NCBI GenBank assembly: GCA_964438125.1
Contig: CAYTJN010000001.1
Location: 42,641 to 106,640, forward strand
Source: an uncultured Terracidiphilus sp.
GTDB taxonomy: Bacteria; Acidobacteriota; Terriglobia; Terriglobales; Acidobacteriaceae
Reading direction: 5' to 3'
DNA: 64,000 bases
Below are positions 28,778 through 37,227 of the stretch, piece after piece. Each line of letters starts with the position of its first letter. Positions within the stretch are counted from its first letter, which is position 1. The notes beneath the pieces were generated by a model. It searched no databases. It was not told the DNA's origin and saw only the letters and a list, made by a program, of their open reading frames with translations. The position numbers and the translations under genes were made by a program.

Positions 28778-30765
28778 CAGATTGCCTTCCTGACCGCGCG
28801 GGCTTGTGCAAACGCCGCTCGCTGCTTCTGCGCCTGATCCTGTGTTCGATCTTGCGTTGAATGCACCGACTCGTGATCCGGGTCCAAACGTCCAAGCTTT
28901 TCTGAAAGAGCGCGGACCGTAGTGTAGGCAAATAGATCCGCGACGGGAATGCTTTTGCCGAGCATGGTTTGCAGTTTCGCGTGCAGCGATACCAGAAGCA
29001 CCGAGTTGCCACCAATGTCGAAGAAGTTGTCGTCCAGTCCGACATAATCCGCGCCCAGCACGCTTCGCCAGGCGCCGGCCACTTCCTGTTGCAGATCCGT
29101 GCCTGAAGTCTGCGCTCCCGTGCGAGCCGATCCGGCAGTCGGTGACGGTAGCCGCGCATAATCGACTTTGCCGTGAGGGGTCAGCGGAAAAGCCGCGACC
29201 GATAGATACACGGACGGCATCATCCATGGTGGAAGTTTCTGGCGCAGATGCTCGCTCAACTCGCGTACAGAAAGTGCAGCGTCCTCATGCGCCACGTAGT
29301 ACGCTGCCAGCCTCTTCATTCCTGCGTCATCTTTGTGAGCAACCACTCGCGCCTCTCGGATCTGCGGGTGCCCCGCCAGGGCGGCTTCGATCTCGCCCAG
29401 TTCAATTCGAAAACCTTGAATCTTCACCTGATCGTCGCCCCGTCCCAGATACTCCACTTCACCATCGGGCAGCAGGCGAGCCAAGTCACCGGATCTGTAC
29501 ATCCGCTCATTCGGAATTCTGGAAAATGGATCGGGAACAAAACGCTCGGCGTTCAGTTCGGGCCGGTTCAAGTATCCGCGCGCCACGCCCGCCCCGCCTA
29601 CACAGATCTCGCCTGTTTCGCCCGTCCGCACAGGTTGCCGGTCGTCGCCGAGAAGGTAAAGCCGCATATCGGGGATCGGCAAGCCAATCACGCTGCGCAC
29701 GCCGTCGGCGGCATCGGCCGCGGTGACCTCCCGATAGGTTACGTGCACAGTTGTTTCTGTAATTCCGTACATGTTCACCAATAGTGGATGCTGGTCGCCG
29801 TGCGTTTCAAACCATGGCCGCAGGGTTTTGAAGTTCAACGCCTCGCCGCCAAAAATCACTAGCCGGAGAGACAGTTCCGGCGAACTGGGCGCCTGGTCGA
29901 CAGCCATAAGCTGATAGAAAGCCGAAGGAGTCTGGTTCAGCACCGTAACCTGTTCCTTCGCCAATAACTCACGAAATCCCTCAGGCGAGCGCGAAACAGT
30001 GAAGGGAACGATTACCAGCCTTCCGCCGTGCAGCAGACAACCCCATATCTCCCATACTGAGAAGTCGAATGCAAGAGAATGGAAGAGTGTCCAAACATCG
30101 AGTTCGTTGAAGTGAAACCATTCCGCAGTCGCACTAAACAAGCGCGCAACGTTGCTCTGCGTCACCATCACGCCCTTGGGTTTTCCAGTCGATCCTGATG
30201 TGTAGATCACGTACGCCAGATTATCAACGCCCCATTCGGAGTTGATTGCGGGAAATTCTGAATAAGAGTTCCCTGTCGTCTCCCGATCGAGGCAAATCAC
30301 GCGGGCATCATGCCGAGGCAAACCATCGAGAAGATGCTTTTCGGTCAGCAATACCAGTGGCTGGGCATCATCGAGGATCAGGGCGACGCGCTCGCTCGGA
30401 TAGGCCGGATCCAGAGGCAGATATGCTCCTCCGGCCTTGAGAACGGCGACCAGGGCGACAATCGCAAGCGCAGATCTCTCCAGATAAACTCCAACCAGTG
30501 AATCGGGACCGACGCCCAATTTCCGCAGTCGGAGCGCCAACTGGTTGGCCTGCGATTGAAGCTCGCGGTAAGTCATCTGCTGATCGCCAAAAGTCACTGC
30601 CGTTCGGCTGGCGTGTCTCGCTGCGACTTCATCGAAGATTTGCGATAGTGGTTTCAGAGCGGCAGAACCGGCGCGCTCAACTGCTCCGGGTGTTGCTGCC
30701 GGAGCGGTGTCGCACGGAAAATAGGCTGTAGGCATTACGTTCATAGGCAACGCGCATTCGAACAA
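28777..30765 (-). CDS. stand-alone NRPS A-T didomain, predicted Thr-activating
   Basis: Motifs are LAYVIYTSGSTGKPKGV, FDFSVWE, NMYGITETTVHV, YRSGD, GRGDDQVKIQGFRIELGEIE and HGKVDY, with T-domain FFDIGGNSV. The by-eye Stachelhaus code is DFWNIGMVHK. The start is uncertain: TTG 30765, or ATG 30744 or 30735. Confidence 0.9.
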   Translation of the reverse strand: MFECALPMNVMPTAYFPCDTAPAATPGAVERAGSAALKPLSQIFDEVAARHASRTAVTFGDQQMTYRELQSQANQLALRLRKLGVGPDSLVGVYLERSALAIVALVAVLKAGGAYLPLDPAYPSERVALILDDAQPLVLLTEKHLLDGLPRHDARVICLDRETTGNSYSEFPAINSEWGVDNLAYVIYTSGSTGKPKGVMVTQSNVARLFSATAEWFHFNELDVWTLFHSLAFDFSVWEIWGCLLHGGRLVIVPFTVSRSPEGFRELLAKEQVTVLNQTPSAFYQLMAVDQAPSSPELSLRLVIFGGEALNFKTLRPWFETHGDQHPLLVNMYGITETTVHVTYREVTAADAADGVRSVIGLPIPDMRLYLLGDDRQPVRTGETGEICVGGAGVARGYLNRPELNAERFVPDPFSRIPNERMYRSGDLARLLPDGEVEYLGRGDDQVKIQGFRIELGEIEAALAGHPQIREARVVAHKDDAGMKRLAAYYVAHEDAALSVRELSEHLRQKLPPWMMPSVYLSVAAFPLTPHGKVDYARLPSPTAGSARTGAQTSGTDLQQEVAGAWRSVLGADYVGLDDNFFDIGGNSVLLVSLHAKLQTMLGKSIPVADLFAYTTVRALSEKLGRLDPDHESVHSTQDRTQDQAQKQRAAFAQARAVRKAI

Positions 30766-30824
30766 GAGCTTAAGTGGTTATTGGATTGGAGTGCGACGGA
30801 CGCAAACCCCGGTAAGGATGAATA

Positions 30825-32234
30825 CTAGCTGACGATCGACACTCGCAGAGCCATGCCGAATCCCAGGAGAACCAGAAAAAACCCAGTGGCCAGCAGATCC
30901 TGCCGCCATGTTGATATGCCTTCGCGGCTGGCTCCTGTAACGGTCACGAAATAGAGTGGCAGGTCGCCGGCAGCTACTGCAATCACCGCGCCGAACATTC
31001 CAAAGAAATGAAAGGCAAGCGGGATGGCAATAATTACTGCGATGCAGTAGGACGCATTGCCGATCGCCGCGTACTGCGACTTGCCGAGAGAAAACAGCGC
31101 GGGCATGGTCGTCGCATACATTAGTGTGTGCCACAATCCAAGAGCTAAAATCGGCACCATCCACGCGGCAGCATGATAGCGGCGGTCGTACATGTGAGTA
31201 ACCAGGAAGCCGCCGAGATGCACCATCAGGCACAGCATCGCCGCTCCCGCCAGAAGCGTGTAAATGCGGTACCGCAAAAACACTCCACGGAATTCAGCGA
31301 TCGGCAAATGGGACATCTTCGCGATGAATGGATAACCGACTCTCTGTGCGAATGCATTGATGATCGATCGCGGCATCTCGGAAACTGAAAATGCGATGCC
31401 GTACACACCAAGCAGGCTGAAACTGATCAGCTTTCCAAGAATCAGCCGGTCTGCCTGTGACGCAAAGAAGTAGAACGCGGTCGCAAGCAAAATCCATTTG
31501 CCAAAGTGAACCAGGCCATGCACGCTCTCCTTGTCCCACCGGAAGGAATTCCGAATGCCTGGAATCAACCGCTGGTAAAAGCTGAGCGCCAGTCGGTATG
31601 CCGTACTCAATGCCGCTCCCAGTACCAGCGCCCACACCGACCTGTAAACCAGCGCGCATCCGACCGTGACCAGGAGCGAGACCCCCTGCGTCGTGATGTC
31701 GAGAAGGAAGAGCCTGCGCACGCCCATGTGCCGCGACATCGAAAGAAGATTCGTACTGTTGAAAGCGCCAATGATGGTATTGATGCCAAGCGCCGGCAAT
31801 AATAATAAAAGTCGCGGTTCATGGTACATCAGCGACATGGGCCACGCTAAAGCGAGTGAAACGACAAAAATCCCCAGGCCGCGAAGCACCTGCAAAGTCC
31901 ACGCAGTGTTCAGAAGGACGGGATCATCTCCACGCGGGCTTTGAATCACGCTGGGTCCCAACCCAATATCGGAGATAAGACTAATTCCGACGATGAGCGT
32001 CGAGACAAGCGTCATCAGCCCGAAGGCTTCCGGCATCAACAGGCGGGTAAGAACCATGCTGTTGACGACGCGTAGCGCCATCGAACACCCGTAGTCGGTC
32101 ACAGTCCAGAACGTCGCCCGCACTGCCGTCGATTCCAGCGCTTTTCGGGCGTGCTTCTCCGCTCCGGCACTATCTTCAGGCGACAACTCCGGTTCCTCGA
32201 CATCGGGCATTGATAATATCGTGTCTATTGGCAT
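30825..32234 (-). CDS. Wzx-type oligosaccharide flippase (MOP/PST family)
   Basis: The 469-aa protein has about 12 TM segments. Its N-terminal region RATFWTVTDYGCSMALRVVNSMVLTRLLMPEAFGLM is typical of polysaccharide flippases. Confidence 0.8.
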   Translation of the reverse strand: MPIDTILSMPDVEEPELSPEDSAGAEKHARKALESTAVRATFWTVTDYGCSMALRVVNSMVLTRLLMPEAFGLMTLVSTLIVGISLISDIGLGPSVIQSPRGDDPVLLNTAWTLQVLRGLGIFVVSLALAWPMSLMYHEPRLLLLLPALGINTIIGAFNSTNLLSMSRHMGVRRLFLLDITTQGVSLLVTVGCALVYRSVWALVLGAALSTAYRLALSFYQRLIPGIRNSFRWDKESVHGLVHFGKWILLATAFYFFASQADRLILGKLISFSLLGVYGIAFSVSEMPRSIINAFAQRVGYPFIAKMSHLPIAEFRGVFLRYRIYTLLAGAAMLCLMVHLGGFLVTHMYDRRYHAAAWMVPILALGLWHTLMYATTMPALFSLGKSQYAAIGNASYCIAVIIAIPLAFHFFGMFGAVIAVAAGDLPLYFVTVTGASREGISTWRQDLLATGFFLVLLGFGMALRVSIVS

Positions 32235-32357
32235 AGTCTTCTTTCGGTATGGGTATCTTGTAGCCCTGGTGGATTGAATCGAAACAGTAGAGGTTCACCC
32301 GCGCAACGCTCGAGTCTTCACTCCCAGCGCGGACCTTGAGAAGTTAGAGGACAGCGG

Positions 32358-33092
32358 TTAACTCGCACTGTTTTCTAATGGCCTCTCCGCTCCCGCAGGA
32401 GGAATATTGCTGCGATTCGCCGGCTGCGTCGCGCTGCTCGATCCGTAGAAATGCTCGACCCGGCGCCGAACAAGTTCCTTTTCCATCCCCGTGTCGAGGT
32501 CCACACCCCGCTGTCGAATCATCTCTCCCCAAGGCAATGAATCTGTCTTTGCCTGAAGCCTGGCGACAAGGTCATCGACTCTTCCTATAGTCTTCGCCGG
32601 AACTCCTCCCACGATGTCTCCTGGTGCAACATCGCGGTTGACAACAGCGCCCGCGGCGACGATCGCGTTGGGGCCGATAGTCACATCGGGTAACACGATC
32701 GCGCCGTAGCCGATAAAGACGTTATCCCGAATCTCGATCTTGCCCACTGAGTCAAGCCTTACATCGTATGCACGATTCAACATGGCCACTGCGCCGTCGT
32801 GGCCAACCAGTGTGCAATTTGAGAAATGCACATTGTTCCCCAGTTTCACGTAGGCAGGATCGGTAAAGTTCGTACTTGGAAGAATGCTGCAGTTCTCCCC
32901 GATTGCATTGAAACCACCATACAGCTTCATAAATCGTGTGTACTCCTGCGCACCCGGACTGCAAATGCGCAGGTACAGACCCTTGAAGCGGCCCGTTCGA
33001 AAGGCGACACTGCGCACGATTGAACTGATCAGATTACGCAATCTCCCCCTCCAGGAATGCCTAAGACGATATCCGCTGTCGCACTCTTTCAT
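32358..33092 (-). CDS. hexapeptide-repeat acyl/acetyltransferase
   Basis: Motif: NVFIGYGAIVLPDVTIGPNAIVAAGAVVNRDVAPGDIVGGVPAK. Confidence 0.8.
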   Translation of the reverse strand: MKECDSGYRLRHSWRGRLRNLISSIVRSVAFRTGRFKGLYLRICSPGAQEYTRFMKLYGGFNAIGENCSILPSTNFTDPAYVKLGNNVHFSNCTLVGHDGAVAMLNRAYDVRLDSVGKIEIRDNVFIGYGAIVLPDVTIGPNAIVAAGAVVNRDVAPGDIVGGVPAKTIGRVDDLVARLQAKTDSLPWGEMIRQRGVDLDTGMEKELVRRRVEHFYGSSSATQPANRSNIPPAGAERPLENSAS

Positions 33093-33110
33093 GCGGCGAA
33101 AGATGGGTGA

Positions 33111-34928
33111 TCAGAGACGATAGACCCACACCGGCAAATTTCCCATGCGTTCCCATCCAGGCGCCGTGGAAGAGTCCGGCCTATACCACGCCACAACAGC
33201 GGTTGCGCCAGTAAGGCGAAACCTTTCGATCACTTGCTGCTGCGTCTCCGCCGTAAGACTCCAGAACTGTTTCCAGTCATTGGCCGTGGCAATCTCGCCC
33301 GTGATATCCAACCTTGCGATGTAAGCCCAGTCGCAATGTAAGCTCGGTTCCCATGAAATCGTGCCGATATTCGTGCCTGGCTTCAATCCCGCGCGAGTCA
33401 TCAATTCAGCAGCCTTCCACTCAAGATTCTCCGCGTATGAGTCTCCTCTGGCAATGCGACGAAGAACGACCCATTCAGATATCGCGCCTTCGAGCACGGC
33501 TCCAATCAAGAAGATCGTGAGGACGGCGATTCGACCGCGACTGGAAATCTCCGCACCTTGTCCCATGATTCCAACAAGCGTAGTAATCGCCAGCACAGCC
33601 AGGGCCGGTGCAATATAGCGCCCTTCAAGATGAACGGGAAGATATAACGCAATCATCGCCAGGGCCAGGAGCCAAACTGGCCACTGCTGCGCCGTCCACC
33701 CGCTCCACGCATTCTTGCGTGACATAGCGAGGAGTACAACCGCAATCGCCGCCGCATAGAGCAATGGATGGGTTAGAAGCACCTTTGCAAGCTCCAATGA
33801 GTTATACCCGATGGCGACGACCTGATATCGCCAGTTCCAAAAATGCCGGTAACCCTCATACCACCAAGGTGGATTGTAGAAAGGCGGATAGGTAACTGAG
33901 AATGGGATACCAAACGCGAAGATCGTCGGATTGGCGCTCACTATTTGCGAAGGATGGATCGGCTTTCCGAAATCAGGGGGATGATTCGTCCAATCTACGA
34001 AGCGGGCGATAGCGGCCTGCGGAATGGCCTTCTCCGCTGGAAGCGTGCCACCCTCCCAGTGCGCCCACTTCTCCAGGCGATTCACGTTCACTGCATAGTT
34101 CAGCACCCCGGCTTCTGCCAGTGTCGGACGCCCAAATGCAACGGTGAGACCAAAGGCGTACAAGCTTGCAATCGCTGCGAACACAATGGCACAGACTGCC
34201 ACGTGTCGAAGTGGAAGCGTCCTTCGCCGTAGAACCAGACAAAGTTCTATCAAAACAAAACATCCCAGTGGAAGAAACGCCTGCTTTGTGACATATCCAA
34301 ATCCCATCACCAGGCCACACAGGATAGAAAGACTTACCGCACCCTTCCGTACCATGCGCACCACCAATCCGCATGTCAAAAAGAATAGACAAGCCACAAG
34401 CTGATCTGGACCAAACCTCGATACGCAGTCAATGCAGAGTTGCGTGCCAGCAAAGATTGAGGCGCCTCCAAACAGCAATACCCACCGCCCCTTACCGCCC
34501 CAGCTTCGCTCCTGCGAGCCTGCCTCTAAGAGAAGTCCTTTTACCAGATAGCAAAAGCTCAGGCCGGACGCAGCAAAAATGGCTAGATTGAGAAACCGCG
34601 CCACAAAAAGATCATTGACCGGCCCTGACGGAAACAGAGGGCGAATGACCGCCAAAAGCATCGGATATCCAAAGCCCCAATAGGGGTTCATAGCCTGCTT
34701 CCAGTTCCCCGCATCCAATGCCCTTGACATATCCAAGTACTGCACCGCATCGGAGCCGTACAAGCCTCCTTGGACAGTTCGACCGTACACGCATTCAACC
34801 ACTCCTGCGAGCAGTGCTGCGGTCACGACCAAACCCGGCAGCAGAATAGCCGGCAGCGGGCGACCCCGTTCGGTCTTTGATACCGATTTGTCGCGGCGTT
34901 CCGAACCTTCTGTCAAGGCTGCTTTCAT
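33111..34928 (-). CDS. polytopic membrane protein, GT-C fold glycosyltransferase-like (ArnT/PMT-like) or polymerase
   Basis: The 605-aa protein has many TM helices, a first periplasmic loop with acidic SDAVQYLDMSRAL and a C-terminal soluble domain. No motif here is decisive. Confidence 0.45.
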   Translation of the reverse strand: MKAALTEGSERRDKSVSKTERGRPLPAILLPGLVVTAALLAGVVECVYGRTVQGGLYGSDAVQYLDMSRALDAGNWKQAMNPYWGFGYPMLLAVIRPLFPSGPVNDLFVARFLNLAIFAASGLSFCYLVKGLLLEAGSQERSWGGKGRWVLLFGGASIFAGTQLCIDCVSRFGPDQLVACLFFLTCGLVVRMVRKGAVSLSILCGLVMGFGYVTKQAFLPLGCFVLIELCLVLRRRTLPLRHVAVCAIVFAAIASLYAFGLTVAFGRPTLAEAGVLNYAVNVNRLEKWAHWEGGTLPAEKAIPQAAIARFVDWTNHPPDFGKPIHPSQIVSANPTIFAFGIPFSVTYPPFYNPPWWYEGYRHFWNWRYQVVAIGYNSLELAKVLLTHPLLYAAAIAVVLLAMSRKNAWSGWTAQQWPVWLLALAMIALYLPVHLEGRYIAPALAVLAITTLVGIMGQGAEISSRGRIAVLTIFLIGAVLEGAISEWVVLRRIARGDSYAENLEWKAAELMTRAGLKPGTNIGTISWEPSLHCDWAYIARLDITGEIATANDWKQFWSLTAETQQQVIERFRLTGATAVVAWYRPDSSTAPGWERMGNLPVWVYRL

Positions 34929-34997
34929 GGTCGGTGTCTTTGGCAGGAAATTTGCTCGAGATGTTTGTCGTCAATCTCGACGTGGAGGGGCGGCTCT

Positions 34998-35912
34998 CTA
35001 AATTCCGTAGCGCGAGCGCAGCCCCTTTCGTGCCGCGTGCGCAGCCTCGTACGGCCTGCCGAATGCAAGGTTTTTCAGGCGATCGAGGGCTGGTGATCGA
35101 CCAGGCTCGGTCGGATGCAAACCGAACTTCCGCGCGTAGTAATTGGCTCGGAACGCCCCAATGCTTTCGTTCCGTACCCGTTTGAAGTTGATGCTAACGG
35201 AAACTGAAACATTGTTTGAATTTTTTACCCAATGAGGAAAAGTCGCCGGGTTAAAGACGCCCAACCCCGGAGATAGCTCGTAGCGCCACTGCCCTTCTGA
35301 TAATTCTTCGTGCCATCTGGGCGCCCGCAGATTCCCCGTCCAGTATCGTTCCATCTCTTCAGCAGTGAGGATTTCAGGATCGCGAGCATTGTAAAGGTAT
35401 ATCAATTTGCTCCCCTGTACTTGCGCCAGAAAATTGGCTTCCCCATCAAGATGGTAAGGTGTGACACGGTTGGGCGAGGTAATGAAGATAGTGAGAATGG
35501 GATCGTGATAATGCCGGCGCAAATCGATTCCCGTTAGCTCCGAAAGCTCCGAAATGAAGCTCTCAAGAGCAGCGCGATACTCCGGCTCCTCGTGAATGCG
35601 CTTGAGAATAATCCAGTTCTTGTCCTCCCCGATCCGTTCTAAGGCCTGCACCAGGTTCATGTCAGTTGGCTTGTTGCCGAAGTAGCCGTTTACAACCGGT
35701 TCGCCGCTTTCATAATGGCTCTTATGTTCGCGCTTCTTCATGCAGCGGTCGGCCAACTTCAGAAGAGCCCGCATTTCAAAGATCTCCATCGTATGCAGCG
35801 AGTGGCGGAACTGAAAAGGGAGGGAGTCGAAGCTCGCGGCGAATAGTTTGCATGTCTTCGCGTCGCGGGGAAAAATCTCCGCCTTCGCGACTGGGTGGAA
35901 TGCTGTAGCCAT
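34998..35912 (-). CDS. JmjC/cupin_8 (FIH-like) Fe(II)/2-oxoglutarate oxygenase, paralog 1
   Basis: The HxD core is VTPYHLDGEANFLAQVQGSK. The distal His region is FPHWVKNSNNVSVSVSINF. ATG 35912 is preceded by GGAGGAAACC, whereas the longer ORF would overlap rfbB. Confidence 0.7.
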   Translation of the reverse strand: MATAFHPVAKAEIFPRDAKTCKLFAASFDSLPFQFRHSLHTMEIFEMRALLKLADRCMKKREHKSHYESGEPVVNGYFGNKPTDMNLVQALERIGEDKNWIILKRIHEEPEYRAALESFISELSELTGIDLRRHYHDPILTIFITSPNRVTPYHLDGEANFLAQVQGSKLIYLYNARDPEILTAEEMERYWTGNLRAPRWHEELSEGQWRYELSPGLGVFNPATFPHWVKNSNNVSVSVSINFKRVRNESIGAFRANYYARKFGLHPTEPGRSPALDRLKNLAFGRPYEAAHAARKGLRSRYGI

Positions 35913-35976
35913 GGTTTCCTCCGTCTCTACCCATCGAAGTAGTTTCGAATCTCCCAGACGTTGTCCGTGCGCACCT

Positions 35977-37071
35977 TTATAGGCTTGCGGAGCCTGCCAG
36001 GCCGGACGGAGCATACTGCAGTTTCATCCATTCCAGGTGAGAGCCGCTCGTCGCTCGTTCCACCCACTCGACGTTGTTCAGATACCACTGAACTGTCTTG
36101 CGCAACCCGTCGATAAAGTTCCCTTGCGGTTGCCAGCCGAGCTCCCGCTCTATCTTTGAACAATCGATGGCATAACGGCGGTCGTGACCTTGCCGATCCT
36201 TAACGAACGAAATCAGATTCGCATAGGGCTTTCGCGATGGCCTGACTTCGTCCAGGATGGCGCAAAGCTGCCGCACCAAATCGAGATTGGACATCTCCTG
36301 GCGACCACCGATATTGTAGGTCTGCCCCGGAACCCCAGCCGCTAACACAGTACGCAGACCTTCGCAGTGGTCGTCAACGTAAAGCCAGTCGCGAACATTC
36401 AATCCATCGCCATACACCGGCAAAGGTAGGCCTTGGAGAGCTCTTAGTATCATCAGGGGAATCAGTTTCTCCGGCATCTGGCGCGGGCCATAGTTATTGG
36501 AGCAATTGGTGGTCAGCACCGGGAGGCCGTAGGTGTGGAAGTAGGCCCGTGCCAAATGGTCCGAGGAGGCCTTAGAGGCCGAATATGGACTGTTCGGGGC
36601 ATAAGGAGTCTCTTCGGTGAATGGCGGTGACGTAGGAGAAAGCGAGCCATAGACCTCATCGGTGGAAACATGCAGGAAGCGAAACTCGCTCTGCTCGACG
36701 GACGTCAGGGTACGCCAATATTCACGAGCCCCTTCAAGCAACTGGAAGGTTCCCTCAATGTTGGTACGTACGAATTCCGCAGGTCCGTGTATCGATCGGT
36801 CCACATGGCTCTCCGCTGCCAAATGCACTATCGCTCGCGGCCGCTGTTCCTGGAGGACGCGGCGAACGAGCGCACCGTCCAAAATATCCCCGCGCACGAA
36901 GCTAAAGTGGAGATCCTTTTCGCCGTGCCTCAGATTCTCTAGACTCCCAGCATAAGTCAATTTGTCCAGAACTGTCACCGGCGTTCGTTGACCGGCCAGC
37001 CACTGTAATACAAAGTTGGAACCGATGAAACCGGCTCCGCCCGTCACGATAATTGGCGAATTCGAGAGCAT
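35977..37071 (-). CDS. rfbB: dTDP-glucose 4,6-dehydratase
   Basis: Motifs are IIVTGGAGFIGSNFV, HLAAESHVDRS, STDEVYG, YSASKASSDHL and NCSNNYGPRQMPEKLIP. Confidence 0.95.
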   Translation of the reverse strand: MLSNSPIIVTGGAGFIGSNFVLQWLAGQRTPVTVLDKLTYAGSLENLRHGEKDLHFSFVRGDILDGALVRRVLQEQRPRAIVHLAAESHVDRSIHGPAEFVRTNIEGTFQLLEGAREYWRTLTSVEQSEFRFLHVSTDEVYGSLSPTSPPFTEETPYAPNSPYSASKASSDHLARAYFHTYGLPVLTTNCSNNYGPRQMPEKLIPLMILRALQGLPLPVYGDGLNVRDWLYVDDHCEGLRTVLAAGVPGQTYNIGGRQEMSNLDLVRQLCAILDEVRPSRKPYANLISFVKDRQGHDRRYAIDCSKIERELGWQPQGNFIDGLRKTVQWYLNNVEWVERATSGSHLEWMKLQYAPSGLAGSASL

Positions 37072-37227
37072 CCGTTATCACCTCGTTCCACGGCGCAAGC
37101 TCTGTGTCGTGGATGGTCAACATGATCGTTAAAACCTTAGTCGATGGCCATGAAGTTGCTTGACAATGAGCGGCGCCCCGCGCGCAGTCTGAGTCCCACG
37201 ATGCACAGTGTTGAAATGTAAACTTCT

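Noticed and set aside
28778-29227. A 150-codon N-terminal extension of the 2816-aa ORF upstream of the KS domain
   Set aside because: It lies entirely inside the 3' end of the A-T gene in another frame and is Arg/Gly/Ser-rich nonsense. The KS N-terminus begins right after ATG 28777, which forms a 1-nt stop/start overlap with the A-T gene.
28777-30765. The stand-alone A-T as a fatty-acyl-AMP ligase loader, by analogy with the MycA/ItuA lipopeptide logic
   Set aside because: The core motifs are those of amino-acid-activating NRPS A domains, and the ten specificity positions read exactly as the Thr code.
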